Shown: one piece after another, positions 11,708-23,700 of the stretch
Position numbering within the stretch: position 1 is the first letter of the stretch
Layout: each line of letters opens with the position of its first letter
Source: Chrysomallon squamiferum
Lineage: Eukaryota; Animalia; Mollusca
Length of the DNA stretch: 64,000 nucleotides
Assembly (NCBI GenBank): GCA_012295275.1
Contig: CM022672.1
Location: 17,980,001-18,044,000, forward strand
Direction: 5' to 3'
Position numbers and translations under genes: made by a program
The notes under the pieces: generated by a model
What the model saw: the letters and a program-made list of their open reading frames with translations, nothing else
Told to the model about the DNA's origin: nothing
Databases searched by the model: none

Positions 11708-14700
11708 GTAAGTGTTTATTAAAAAACATAATTTAATTAAATGATATGTATTTACTAGCCAAATAATGGAATATGGTGGAGAGGGATAAGAGCTACTGAA
11801 GTATGAATTCTACTTTGAATTTGAATCCCATTTTCTGATTTTGAGCATACTTTTAATAAATTTTACTTTTTCATTGGTGAGTTGACTGGTATGGTGCAAA
11901 TATCAAGCCAGGTTAGGTTAAATGGTACTTACAGATGAAACAGGAGTGATGAAGTTGTCTTTTCCAGTTCTCAGTGGTCATACATATTTAATGCCATCTT
12001 TTGTTTTAAAGACACACTCTTCAGTGTGAAAATGGATGTTAAATTTTGGTAGAATATGGTCATCTTACTGAAATAAGAGAAAATATAATAATGTTTAAAA
12101 TAAAATTACTGTGACTGGTTTTGTTTCCATGCATAATTATGTTTTTAATTTTTTATAGGAGACAGTTCTTTAAAAAAAAATATATATTGTGTATGTGATT
12201 AAATTTGTATTAAACTTTTTTTTTTAATGAATATATTTTATTTATTTAAAAAGGTAACTGTAATTCCTATTTTGCACAGCTGTGTTTTAATGTAAACTGT
12301 AAACATTAATTAATTGTTGTTTTACACCTGGTTTCATTAAACATTCAGCAGTGTGGAATATTTTATCCTAATCTAGATAACACTTTTTTAATAAAAAAAA
12401 TTATTTTGTGATGTCAGTAATTATAAACGTGCACATTTCATTCCTTCACCAGTCTTCATTTTATTATTTATTTTTTCATGCACAGCCAATTAATGACAAC
12501 ATTATTTTTCTTTAAAATGTTTTGCTGTCATTTATTGTTATTATTATAATTGTTTTATTATGTCATACATTATACTGATGGATATTATCATCATTATGTG
12601 GTGATGTTTGTCTCATTTAATGTCAAACACTTTGTTGAGTAGTAGTTGAGGTTAGTAGTATTCATTATTATATCAACCTTTACCATTTAGAAAAATAACT
12701 TGTTTTGCAGCATAAAGTTGTTGACAGAAGAAACAAAAAAATTTAGAATTGTAATTTTCTTTTTTTCTCTTTCTTAAAATGTTTTAATGTTTTTAATTAT
12801 TTTATGCTTTGCACAAAGTTCATTTGGTGCAAATAATAATAGTGAAGGTTATATATATTATATAAAAAAAAGAAATTAAATAAATAAATAAATAAACAAA
12901 GAAAAAAGAAAGAAAAATGAAACAGACTTTCATGAATAATGACATATACATCAAAAGAATACAATTGTTTAAGACTATCTGCAGCCTGTAATATATAATG
13001 AAAGAAAAAATTGGATTTGGTTTGTCTGATGATCAATGTAATATGATATACAATTAAGTACATATATTTAACTTTAACATTTTATTGAAATATTCTTAAT
13101 TTTATAAATATTTATTAATATTAAGACTTACTGCAGTTTGATTTGTTTTTTTGTTTTGCAGGAAACTGACATAGAAAATCTGGTTGATGAGTTGTGTGCT
13201 CGACTCAAAGAAACCAGTTGTGAAAGAGGTTGGTATGGAAGAATGATAATTTAGATGCATATTTTATGCTTGCAAATGATCTTATATCTGATAATAGATG
13301 CTATATCTTACCCCAAAGAAATTAATTTACTTCATTGTGCATAGTTAACTAGTTATATAAATTAAATTTTAAATGAACAACAAAAATAATTTTAATCATC
13401 CCAACAATTTTGGATACTTTTCTTTTCTGAAATGAATTTTTTAAATTCCACTATTTTGTTAACTTAATTACTTAAATTGTGAAATACTGATGAATAATGT
13501 TCTTCACAGTTTTCACAACTACAACAAACACAGAAATGTTCAGAGGCCAAAACAATGAGAGGCAACATTTGATGTACACAGAAGTATTCTGATGTGTGCA
13601 CATTGTTGATGAATGTATAGATTGATCCTTGTCTTTGATTCAGATTATATAATTTATGATATGATCAGTTATATTTACTTTTGTTATTTAGAATATTTTG
13701 CTCCCTTATCTATCAACATTAATGACACAGCTGATGACACGACAGAGATAAAAACTGCAGAGTCACAGGATCCAGCAGAAAGGTAAGATTATATTATAAT
13801 ATACCCAGCATTTTGATCAGTCCTTTGGGAAATATTTGTTTACCAAAGTTAACACATGGATTCTTAACTGTTGTAATGGTAATAGATTCTTACCAAAAAA
13901 CAAAACAAAAAACATTGAAATGTTCATTTATAACATTGTTAAACTTTTTGTTTCTGCAAATTACTAACAGTCTTGCTAATTTTTTTTTTTTTTTTTGTTT
14001 TTGGTGTATATATTTGGACTTAATTACATGGTATTATTAAATACAGATGTAGCCAGAGACAGGATGTTCAGTCCTACAATCAGTGCCTCTCAACTGGCTT
14101 ATCAAAGGCCTTCATGTACTTTCCTGATTGTAGAAATATACTTTGCTCTTGTATACCTTGGTTTTCTGAGCTATCTCTTATATCCAAAATTTATTTTTTT
14201 AAAGTTCCAATACTATTATGCATTTTCCATTTAAAATATTTTCATAGGCAGTTTATATGCTATTTTCATGCATGTCGTTTTTTTCAAATTTTTTAAGGTA
14301 TTATGCTGCATTTCCTGCTCTACCTGGTGAAAGTTCCCCACAGACCATGTCACCTTCTTTGGATGAAGACAATGTCTGGCGGAGAAATCCTTTTACTGGA
14401 ATCCTTGCTGGGGATACTTACGAGAGTAAAGATAAAAATCATAAGGATAATATTAAAAAGTCTACACTAGTACCAGAAAAACTGCCACAAAACAACAAAT
14501 TGATTCCCCACACAAAACTGCGGGATGAAAAAGAAAATCATCATCCACAGCCAAAAGTTAGACATCAAAGAAAAGCCTCACCAGGTGGCAGTAAGCTGAA
14601 GCAGATTGCAAAGAAAGGAAATAATAATGGAAAAAATCGAAAAGGTTCTCGCTTCTTGAGTTGGCCATTGCCAACTCAGCATGCCAGTAAGGCAAATGAA

Positions 14701-17700
14701 TCACCTTCAAATGGTGAAAACAAATTAGGACCAGTTGATCCTAAGGAAGAGGAGTATTGTAACTTAGTGGAGAACATGCTGAAAAATTTGCTGCTTGGAG
14801 AAAAGGAGAAACATGGATACTCTAGAATGGAAAAATACTTTCCTCAGATAAACTGTAACTACAGTTCAATTCCTGAATGGTATGAAGAAGATATTTACAA
14901 TAGTGAATTTCTCGAAAATGATGACTGGTACACAAAACCTCTGGAAAGCATATTTGCGACACCTATATCGAAAGCACAGCGTTTATACAAACGTCATAGT
15001 TATCCATCAGCTGTATTTTCTTGCAGTGATAGATTAAATTGGGAGGACTTGTTCAAACACCCCATCTTGTATCTTGAAAAGCCTCAAGAAGTTGATTGTG
15101 GTATTGACCAAGAAGACAAAACAGAAGACAAAAATAAAAGTAATGAAGTCATTAAACCTGTTGTAGAGTGTCCAGTAATGCTTCCAGTTTCTAATGTTGA
15201 AGTTTGCCAAACTGAACAAATTAATAAAAGCAGGTCTCAAATGGAAGTTATGCAGAGATTTCCTCTTCATGTCAGCTCTGATGTTACAAATACAGTCCAA
15301 AGTCTGTCAACTCTGTGTGTCCATTCCGATACAACAAATAATGTCCCAAATACACAGTCATTTAGTACCCACCCTAAAGATGGAACAGAAAAACAATGTA
15401 GTGAAATGGAAACACAGATAGAAAATGACTGTATAATGTCTTGTGGACTTTTACTTTTGGAGGACTCGGAAGAAAATAAGAATGATGACATTGAAGAGTT
15501 GCTGAAATCAGTAGAAAATCAATGGGATGCATTTGCAGTTTCTAATGATGCCAGAAGCACTGTTTCAGAGTTAGATAAAGGCTGTTTCAGTGATACTGCT
15601 AATGCCTCACCATGTATTACAGACGTCAGTCAAAAGGTAAGCCCATTTCCTGACATGTTGCTGCTCTTGAATTATGTTGAAGATGGTAGGTCTGAATCAG
15701 GAATTCATACCATTGGATATGAAGAAAATAATAAATTTGCTTCCCTCGTTGACATGCAAAATGTGTTTGGCAAAGATAAGACAGATTTTGAATATAATAT
15801 TCCATCAGTGAGAGATTTACAGAAAGACTGTCTTTCTAACAATGAGCCCAGTTGCAGTTTCAGTGAAAGCTTAGGTTCAACTGTAACAATGAATACCCCT
15901 GGTATTTACCAAGAAGCAGATACCCAGCTTGATTGTATGGCATCAAAACTAAGAAAAGAGACATTTCCTTTCAATGTTCACACTTGCAGTTTGAGTGAAG
16001 ATACTGATTCAAGTGGGGAATCTTTTATAGATATTAAAAGTATCTTGGAAATCAATTCTTCTCATGCCAGTACTGTTTCCTTTAATCTTGAAAGTGATGA
16101 TGAAGATGTGTTTGTTGAAAGCAAAAGTCATGACAGGAGAGTACTTTCATCGAAGGCTATTAACATTAATAGAAGAGGAGATTATGATGAAGAAAGTGCC
16201 TGCTTTCCAACAGATCTACTAAATTCATTTGGTTCTGTTGGTGAATGCTCAGGAAATTCTGATTGTTTGCTGTTTGGACTACCTCAGCTTGTTGATACCA
16301 GTTATTTGTTAGATTTGTTTGGACTAGGTGAAGCCTGCCCTAGAGTGACCAGGTCTCCTGCATTTTTATTTCATCTAAGCCCTAGAAATGAAGGTGGATC
16401 ATCTTGCTGGCCCAATAGAGTTTTTCTAGATGAGTTTGAATGCTCACTAAGCTTTGAAGAATTTTGCAAGTCTTCACCAAGAAAGTTTTGGGATGATATG
16501 TTGAAGAATGAAGCCTCAAATGTGGAGTCATTGAAACCTCAACAGAATAAGCCACTGTATCATTTGTGGGATGTCAACAGTAACAAGAAAGTTACCCAGT
16601 TTTCAGATAACAACATTTGGAACAGCATCCTTAGTTTGTTTTCTCTTACTCCAGAATACACAATTGGAGATGATGCCTTTACCACTCAGAGTCCAGAAAT
16701 GGCAGATATTCCAAATCTGGAAGATTCAGCCTTGGATCTGCAATTTTTAGAAGAACTAAATGAAAACAGATGCTGCCAGTATGACAGAGAATTATTTGAA
16801 GGGAATATGCAGAAATGTTGGCATAATTCATGGACCTATGAATCAATTGACTCCTCTTTCAGAAACAGTTATGGCTTTGCTCCTTCAAAAAACTCTGCTT
16901 TCATGGGTGTTGTTCCAAGAACATTTCATCATGTTCAGAGTGCACCAAATTTAACATACAGGAGACTCCTGAGTCCATTTTTAAGTACTGATAATTACGA
17001 AAAAGCATGTACACCTCCAAATTCTCCAACTGAACACTTATATTTTTCTTCAAAAACACATTTTCGACCTATTCAGACACCAGTTGGCACTCCAGATGCT
17101 GAATACAAACCAAACGATTTGTTTGGTGGTGCTGATGTCAACACAGATTCTCCATACCAGCAGTTTCGAGATGTTACAGATGAACAAGAATTGAAGTTTA
17201 GGCCCAAATTCAAGATTCTGAAGTACCTTGACAAATATATTCAAACTGGAAGTAGTTTGGATGAGAGCAACATGCCCAGTCTGGAGAAAGCCCCAGTTGA
17301 TTATGATAAAAAAGAAGTTAAGATTTTGTCTGAAGCAGATCTGCCTGATAAGTCTTGGGGACTAGCTGATAAAGAAAATGAAACGGGATCTATTTCTGAT
17401 TATGCTAAGGAAACTAATTCAGATAACAACCAAAAAGATGAAATGCTATTGTCTGTCCCACCAGGGTTCGAAAAAATGTCATCGTATGAAAGTTCTTTAG
17501 CTGAAGATAAAGAGAAAAGTAAAACAGATTCTAGTAGCTTGACAGGAAGTAATGGTATTGACAGATCAGGAGTCTGTCATTCATCTAACTGGATTGAAGA
17601 TCTAACAGATTCATCTGAAAGTTTTGAAAATTTGGAATCAGAAAATTCAGAAACTGTTAGTGTTACAGAAACAGAGGACAGTGATTCAGTAACTGAGAAA

Positions 17701-20700
17701 AATGGTAAAGGAAACCAAAATCTCTCTATTTGGAACTACACTCAGCAATCTGAGGGTGAAAACTTTTGGTTGCCAGTAGAACCCTGTATAGATAAAGCAG
17801 AGTCTGCAGACAATAAACTGAAGCCAGATTGTAAGACTGGAAGTATTTGGAACATGCCTTCATCACAGAATGAATCAGCAATACAGTGCATGCCTTTTGT
17901 GACCTGGGCAGTGGAGTCTGATTATGATGGTGACATCAAATCAATCTGGAGCCCACCAGTATCCTGTGCCAGTCCTGATCACCTTGTATGGGAGAGTCAG
18001 CTGGGACAGGTTAGTGTTACTTCAGTTGATAATCCGTCAGTTTGGGCAATAAAAGAAAACAGTGACAAGAACACTACTCTCGAAACGTCATCGTTAAAAA
18101 ACATTTGGGATTCAGATCAGAAAACACCCGAGTCTGTTAAATGCCCTCAGGATGAAGATTCATATGATCCTTTTTCAGGAAATGACAAATCTGGCCACAT
18201 TTGGAGTACTGGATATGATAAACTATGTGAAAATAATGAACAAAACATGTTCTTCTTAACTCCAAACAAAGAAGAAATAAGTCCCAACAGACATTGTTAT
18301 CAAAGTGATACTATGTCAAGCAATATGTACTATACAGAGGGAGAAGGAATGAACCCCTCAGAACGACAAGATTTCTGTGATGATACTGAAACAGAGAACA
18401 TTAGACAATGTTCTGATGATCTCTACAATTATTACCTGCAAAACTATCCTGAAATGGAATCCTGTGTACTTAGTTCAGACCTGGAGGAAAGTTCAGAACC
18501 TAAGGTAAGGAATAAATTCCATAATTTGTTGTTTATCAATTAAAATTTATTATTTTATTTTTTTATTTCTTGCCAGTAGTCTGTAAGTAAGTTGAGCAGC
18601 AAAATTACACTAAACGATATATAAGTTCAAAAAAACCCATTTGATTCCAAATTAAATATAAAAACACCACCTTAATTAAGTTTGCTGCTATCCTGTGTGA
18701 CTGTAGTGCACTTTGTCAGTGACGTTAACAGAGATATTTTCACATTCAAAAAATGTATTGCATCTCAGCCCCTCTTTGTGCATGCTACTGATGTTGACAA
18801 ACAAGACAAACAACAATGGAGCGCTTGAAAATGTTTAACAATTTATAAAAAATGTACACTTTAATTTGGTTATTGTTGGGTTTTTAAAAAAATAATGTAG
18901 CACATTTACATGATTAAGATTTTTAATTTCAAATTAATTTCTTTTACCTCCAGCCTGTTCATCTTGAAATGGATATATATTAAGTTTTTGTTTTAGTTTT
19001 AAAAATAAGCCTGTAATTTAATTGGCTTTAACAGTTACTTAGTTTAATTTGATCTACCTTTTTTATTAATTGTTTATTTATATTTCAGGATTATGATTTT
19101 GGTAGTTTAGTGCCTATACCTCAACAAGCTGTTTTCTCCTCTGACCTGGAAAAACAGTGGTTGGACAACAAATCTCAATCTGTGATAGATAATAGAAGAC
19201 GATCTCACAAAAATAAAATTGTCAAAGGTGAGTAATAATATAAATAAATATTTTCTAATAATACATTTGATTTCTAATTTTACTCTTGTTATGAGTACAC
19301 CTTGTTGATTTTTTAATAAACATTTTTAAATATTCTTTTTGTACTAAATGGTTTACACTAACATTCATTATAAATTATATTTAATACTCAAACAAATCAA
19401 AGAAAAGAATCATCACAATTAATATACTAGTTTAAGAAAGAAGAAAGTCTTGTATTGCTTTGTGTTTTAATATTGTCCTGCCCTGTACTTTCAGGTGGAA
19501 ATAGAAAACCATGCAGCTTCTTCTTGGATGGAAACTGCCGTCGATCAGACTGCAAATTTTCTCATGATATCTCTAACATCACATGTCGATTCTGGGAGGT
19601 TGGGCAGTGTTTTAAAGGAACTCTTTGTCCTTTTCTCCATGGTTACCCAAGGTATATTCATTTCTTTTGAGATTTTAGTTTTAATTTAAAATATTTTCTA
19701 AATTAAGAACATCACACAGTGACACTTTCATAGTCCATTAAATCAGAGATGTATTTTTAAAACTAAAACTTAATAATATTTTCTGTAAAACTGTTGAATC
19801 AAACAAAGCATATCTTTTATTTCTGAAGATAATGTTTCATATACGTAATATATATGATGTTCTTAAGGTATGCTGGTTATATATTTAGCAGATAATTATA
19901 GGCTTTAAATAAAAGAAAATTGAAAAATGTTTAAACAAAAATTTAAAAGAGGAAGAAAAATGCAAAGTTTTATATAATTTAGTTGTGTTATTCTACAGAG
20001 ATTATAAGTATTTTTGTTCTAAATTTTTATTTGGAACCAGTGATGTTTCTTCCTCTTCTCCGGAAATACAAACAGAATTAACAAAAGAAGATTTCCCAGA
20101 ACTCGAACACAGCACAAGAAGTTTGGTTTGTATTTGCTGATAATGGGAGTATTTAAATTATATCGCAGATTGCAAAGAAATATTTGATAGACTTTCAAAT
20201 TATTGTTGCAAATACTTTTTACATACTAGTGTAAATGACTTTAATAACATTCTGAGAATTATTATACAGTTCCATGCTACACTTTTGGTAATTTTATTTC
20301 TTTATTCTTCTGAATTAAAGAATAATGTTGAGAAAAATTGTTTTCCATCTCAGTTTTAATCAACTTTGTGATTTGTCTGTCTCGTATAAATGTTATGATA
20401 TGAATAATAAATATATTGTTAACAGGACATATATGGAGGGGCAAACTTCTTTTTTTAATACACATTAGCCTCTAGATTATTATTTTCTAGAAAATTTAGT
20501 AAAATTATTTATAAAACTTGCAAACTTTTAGGATCACATTTACATTAATAATTCAAACCTTACAGGTGAAACCAGTAATTCGCCAAAAGATTGTGCGCAA
20601 AAACAATGTTCGAAAGGATCTTCTGAAAAAAGAAGCAGCTGTTAGAAAAGAGCATTCTTCACTGAAGCGTGACGTCACTCCAGCCTTGGGATCTGTTCAC

Positions 20701-20703
20701 TGA
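11414..20703 (+). CDS. KIAA0232: KIAA0232-like (DUF4603) protein with C-terminal tandem CCCH zinc fingers, ~1725 aa, 8 coding exons
   Basis: join(11414-11707,13162-13228,13692-13782,14298-18504,19089-19227,19495-19651,20041-20125,20566-20703) is 5178 nt; all introns are GT-AG and phases are consistent. The N-terminus VHSWLGHQLELRGIDSIIYTRYVITLL..AAVECLLSVSDEETDIENLVDELCARLK..YYAAFPAL matches my recollection of vertebrate KIAA0232 (VQTWLGQELEKCGIDAMIYTRYVLSLL..AAVQCLRSASDESSGIETLVEELCSRLK..YYEAFPPL). An alternative in-frame ATG lies at 11393. The last two exons are less certain. Confidence 0.85.
13162..13228 (+). CDS. KIAA0232: KIAA0232-like coding exon 2
   Basis: ttttgcag|ETDIENLVDELCARLKETSCER|gttggt, phase 0 to 1. 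Continues the KIAA0232 similarity. Not in the ORF track. Confidence 0.85.
13692..13782 (+). CDS. KIAA0232: KIAA0232-like coding exon 3
   Basis: ttatttag|EYFAPLSININDTADDTTEIKTAESQDPAER|gtaaga, phase 1 to 2. It bridges the neighbouring exons in frame. Confidence 0.8.
14298..18504 (+). CDS. KIAA0232: KIAA0232-like giant coding exon 4 (4207 bp), acidic and Ser-rich, largely disordered
   Basis: 1428-codon ORF 14257-18543; acceptor ttttttaag at 14297; donor AAG|GTAAGG at 18504/18505. Confidence 0.93.
19089..19227 (+). CDS. KIAA0232: KIAA0232-like coding exon 5
   Basis: atttcag|DYDFGSLVPIPQQAVFSSDLEKQWLDNK...KIVK g|gtgagt, phase 0 to 1, open frame. Confidence 0.85.
19495..19651 (+). CDS. KIAA0232: KIAA0232-like coding exon 6: two CCCH zinc fingers
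   Basis: ctttcag acceptor; KPCSFFLDGNCRRSDCKFSH (C-x7-C-x4-C-x3-H) and TCRFWEVGQCFKGTLCPFLH (C-x7-C-x5-C-x3-H); donor AAG|GTATAT, phase 1 to 2. Confidence 0.9.
20041..20125 (+). CDS. KIAA0232: KIAA0232-like coding exon 7 (EDFPEL motif)
   Basis: accag acceptor; phase-2 entry gives SDVSSSSPEIQTELTKEDFPELEHSTRSL; donor TTG|GTTTGT is weak. Confidence 0.65.
20566..20703 (+). CDS. KIAA0232: KIAA0232-like terminal coding exon (basic tail)
   Basis: ccttacag|VKPVIRQKIVRKNNVRKDLLKKEAA...GSVH*. An alternative acceptor at 20531 would end at TAG 20645. Confidence 0.55.
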   Translation: MKPVIRQKIVRKNNVRKDLLKKEAAVRKEHSSLKRDVTPALGSVH

Positions 20704-23700
20704 AGATGGAGTTAGTTCCGGAGTTGAGTTTCCACTTGTTGTAAAATATGGTTGAATCCAGATCTATAACAGTTTGTGAGATTAACTTTTATCTTCTAAC
20801 TAGTTCTGCAAATTGATTTATGGTGTGGTTTGTTTGACATGAAGCTTATTTATTTTCTCATTGTCCATCGTATATTTGTGTGACATGACAGTTAAAAAGG
20901 TGAAACTGAAGTTTAGCTGTGTGCTGGAACGTAATGGGTTTTTACTGATGCCTGCCAAAAAAGGGTTCATAAATGTTTCATCAGTAGCAAAATTATTTAG
21001 TTTCAATTACCAGTGTTTTAGTGTTCTGCCACCAATATTCAGTCCATGCTCTATTGCTGCGTAGCTTTCAGATTTTTTAGTCATTTTTTTTTTTAACACC
21101 TTTCATATAGATGTTTTAAAAGTTTTATCTCACAGATGTACTACAGTTGTTCTCAGGAAATGTGCTGGTACTGTATCAGCTCTGCCTGTGTCTTGTGTAA
21201 ATGTTACCTTGGCACTGATAGGTGTGAACAGAAATCCAAATACTGATAAACACCCATTTGGAATACCAATTCAGGGTGTGAAAAGAACTCAGAATATTTC
21301 TTTTTTTATCTATAATGCTTGTAGATTTTGTTCAGCACATCGATTGAATAAGTTTCATTTAATACACTGGCATTTAGTTAGAGTAATATTTATTTAGTTT
21401 AAAAGATGTTTGTATATCATGATGTTGATTTTTTTCTTTTAGCTCTTTTTTTTAATTTTTTTTAAAGTCCTGACATTATTTGCTGTTACATTAATCTTGT
21501 GTGGTAACAGAATGACAAACTAAAAATTGTCCCTATCCTTCCAAAAAAAAAAAATTAAAATAAAAAGTGAAAAAAAAAGAATATAATAAAATGAACAAAA
21601 ATAAAAGAAATATAGGGGGAAATATAATAATTTAACTGTTTCAGAAAGAAAGAAGGGTTAATGTTCATATTTTTGGTAAATATTAGCTCTGGTGCCATTG
21701 GTTTATGTAATTTCCAGTTGTTATGTTATATACATCAAAGGCAGACTATTTACACATAATGTAATGTTTTTTCAATGTAAAAAGAAAGCAATAACTTTTT
21801 TGAATACAAGTGTCCATCTGTTATATTTAAGTTACTAATGAGCATTGACAGGATCGATTTGAAAATTTTGTTATCTTCATATAGTTTTAATTTGATTATT
21901 ATTGTTCTAAATTTATTTTATTATCAATATCCTATCCTTCTGCACTTACCCTCACACAACATTTTCATTAATGTTGATTGTATATGTGAAATACATTATT
22001 GTTGATTTAATATACATTTCACACAATAATCTAACATCAGCATTTTGTTTCATACATGGAATATTGGCTTTTCATAAAGTTAAAAAAAAAACCCCAAAAC
22101 AAATAAATAAAATAAAATACTCCTAAATGTAACAAATGCTGAAAAAAACACCAAATAAATCAAAAAAAAAAAAAAAAAAATTAAAATAAATAAATAAAAT
22201 TAAACAAAAGAAGAAGAAAAAAGTAATAAAATAAAATAAATTAAGAAATGCCTTAATTGTTTACCTACATTAACTATGTAGTTAATAGGAAGAGTAAGTG
22301 GGTCTCTTGTTTTTTCAAGTGAAAGAAAAACCAAAAAATACAGGGCCATTAAGAAAAAGCTTAACATTATGAATGTTGAAGAAAGAGAATCGTTGTATAA
22401 TAGTTCAGTGAGATTGTGCCAAATTAATATATTTACTTGACAGAAATTAATTTTTTTATACCAGTGTACGTACTAGTGGTTCTGAACATTACTGTTACAT
22501 TGATATATTTATTCTGATGTCATGTATACTCATACTCACATTGCTTGACTTTGCACTACTAAACCAGAAACACTGTTAAACATGTATCCAGATGGGTTTG
22601 TTTAGTTAGGGTTTTTTTTCTCCTGTATAATTTGAAACTAAATATGACCATTGGCAGATTGTCAAATTATATCAGGAATTTGAAGAAAAAAAAAAAAAAT
22701 ATATATATATAAAACATAATATTCTTTGGTAATAACTGAAGGAGTTATATCAGCAGTCTGTTAAAGTAAAATTATTCAGAATTATGTTAAGACAGAAAGT
22801 TACTTAATCAGGAATGTGAACAAAGATGTGAGTAGTTAAACACAATATACATCTAAAGCTAAATAAATGAGTGTAAAACTTGAAAATTAACTTGCATACT
22901 GAATGATGTTGATAATATAGAGCAATTTTTAGAAGAAAAAATAATCAAATGATTTGACTTTTTTCTTGGGTTTTTTTTTTTAAATGAAAGGAAAATGTAA
23001 AATGTTGTTGCAAATCACAAGACATTTTAATATGTCAAACTTGTCAACAAATATGGTATAAGGGTATCTGCAAACTCAGGTGGAAAATAAATAGTAATAA
23101 TATTTAGTGAATTCTGTTAGGTTTGCTAGTCCCTGTTACATATTGAAATAACTGTATATAGTAGTGTTTTTATTAGTTTTGGTGTGTGTCAGAGGTATGT
23201 TGTAATTAGTTATCCTTTAAGGTGTGTGTTTGTATTTTGTGGGAATATCTGTTGTGCTGCTGTTTATTAGATATGTTAAAGAGTTTACTGAAAACACTAA
23301 TAATAAAAACTAAATATAAAAATATATATCTAAAAAAAAAAAACCAAAAATCGAGAACAACAACAACTGATATAAAGATTAACTATTGTTTACCTAAAGA
23401 TATGATTACATATGTAAACACTCAGACCTTAACAAAGACATTTAGTATCAAAACACATCTATCCAGTATGAAAAGAATAGATCCACATTATTTTACTGTG
23501 CATTAACAAGATAAAGAGATTGTTCTAGTAATTATTTCCTTTTTGTTACTTTGCAATATTTTCATTGTTTAATTATTATTTGAATGAGGGGATTATTTGA
23601 AGACTGAATACAATTACTATTATTATTATAATTTTTTATAATTATTTTGGAAGTATTTACCCAGTTTGTTCTTTAATTAAAAGATAGAGAAAAGAAGTGA

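Noticed and set aside
14257-14297. ORF-track start MLFSCMSFFSNFL of the 1428-aa ORF, and its tail VRNKFHNLLFIN
   Set aside because: Both are intronic: the start is polypyrimidine tract before the 14297 acceptor, and the tail follows the 18504 donor.
21971-22037. Imperfect hairpin in the putative 3' UTR (tgtgaaat/atttcaca core)
   Set aside because: It is very AT-rich with several bulges, is expected by chance, and matches no miRNA I recognise.
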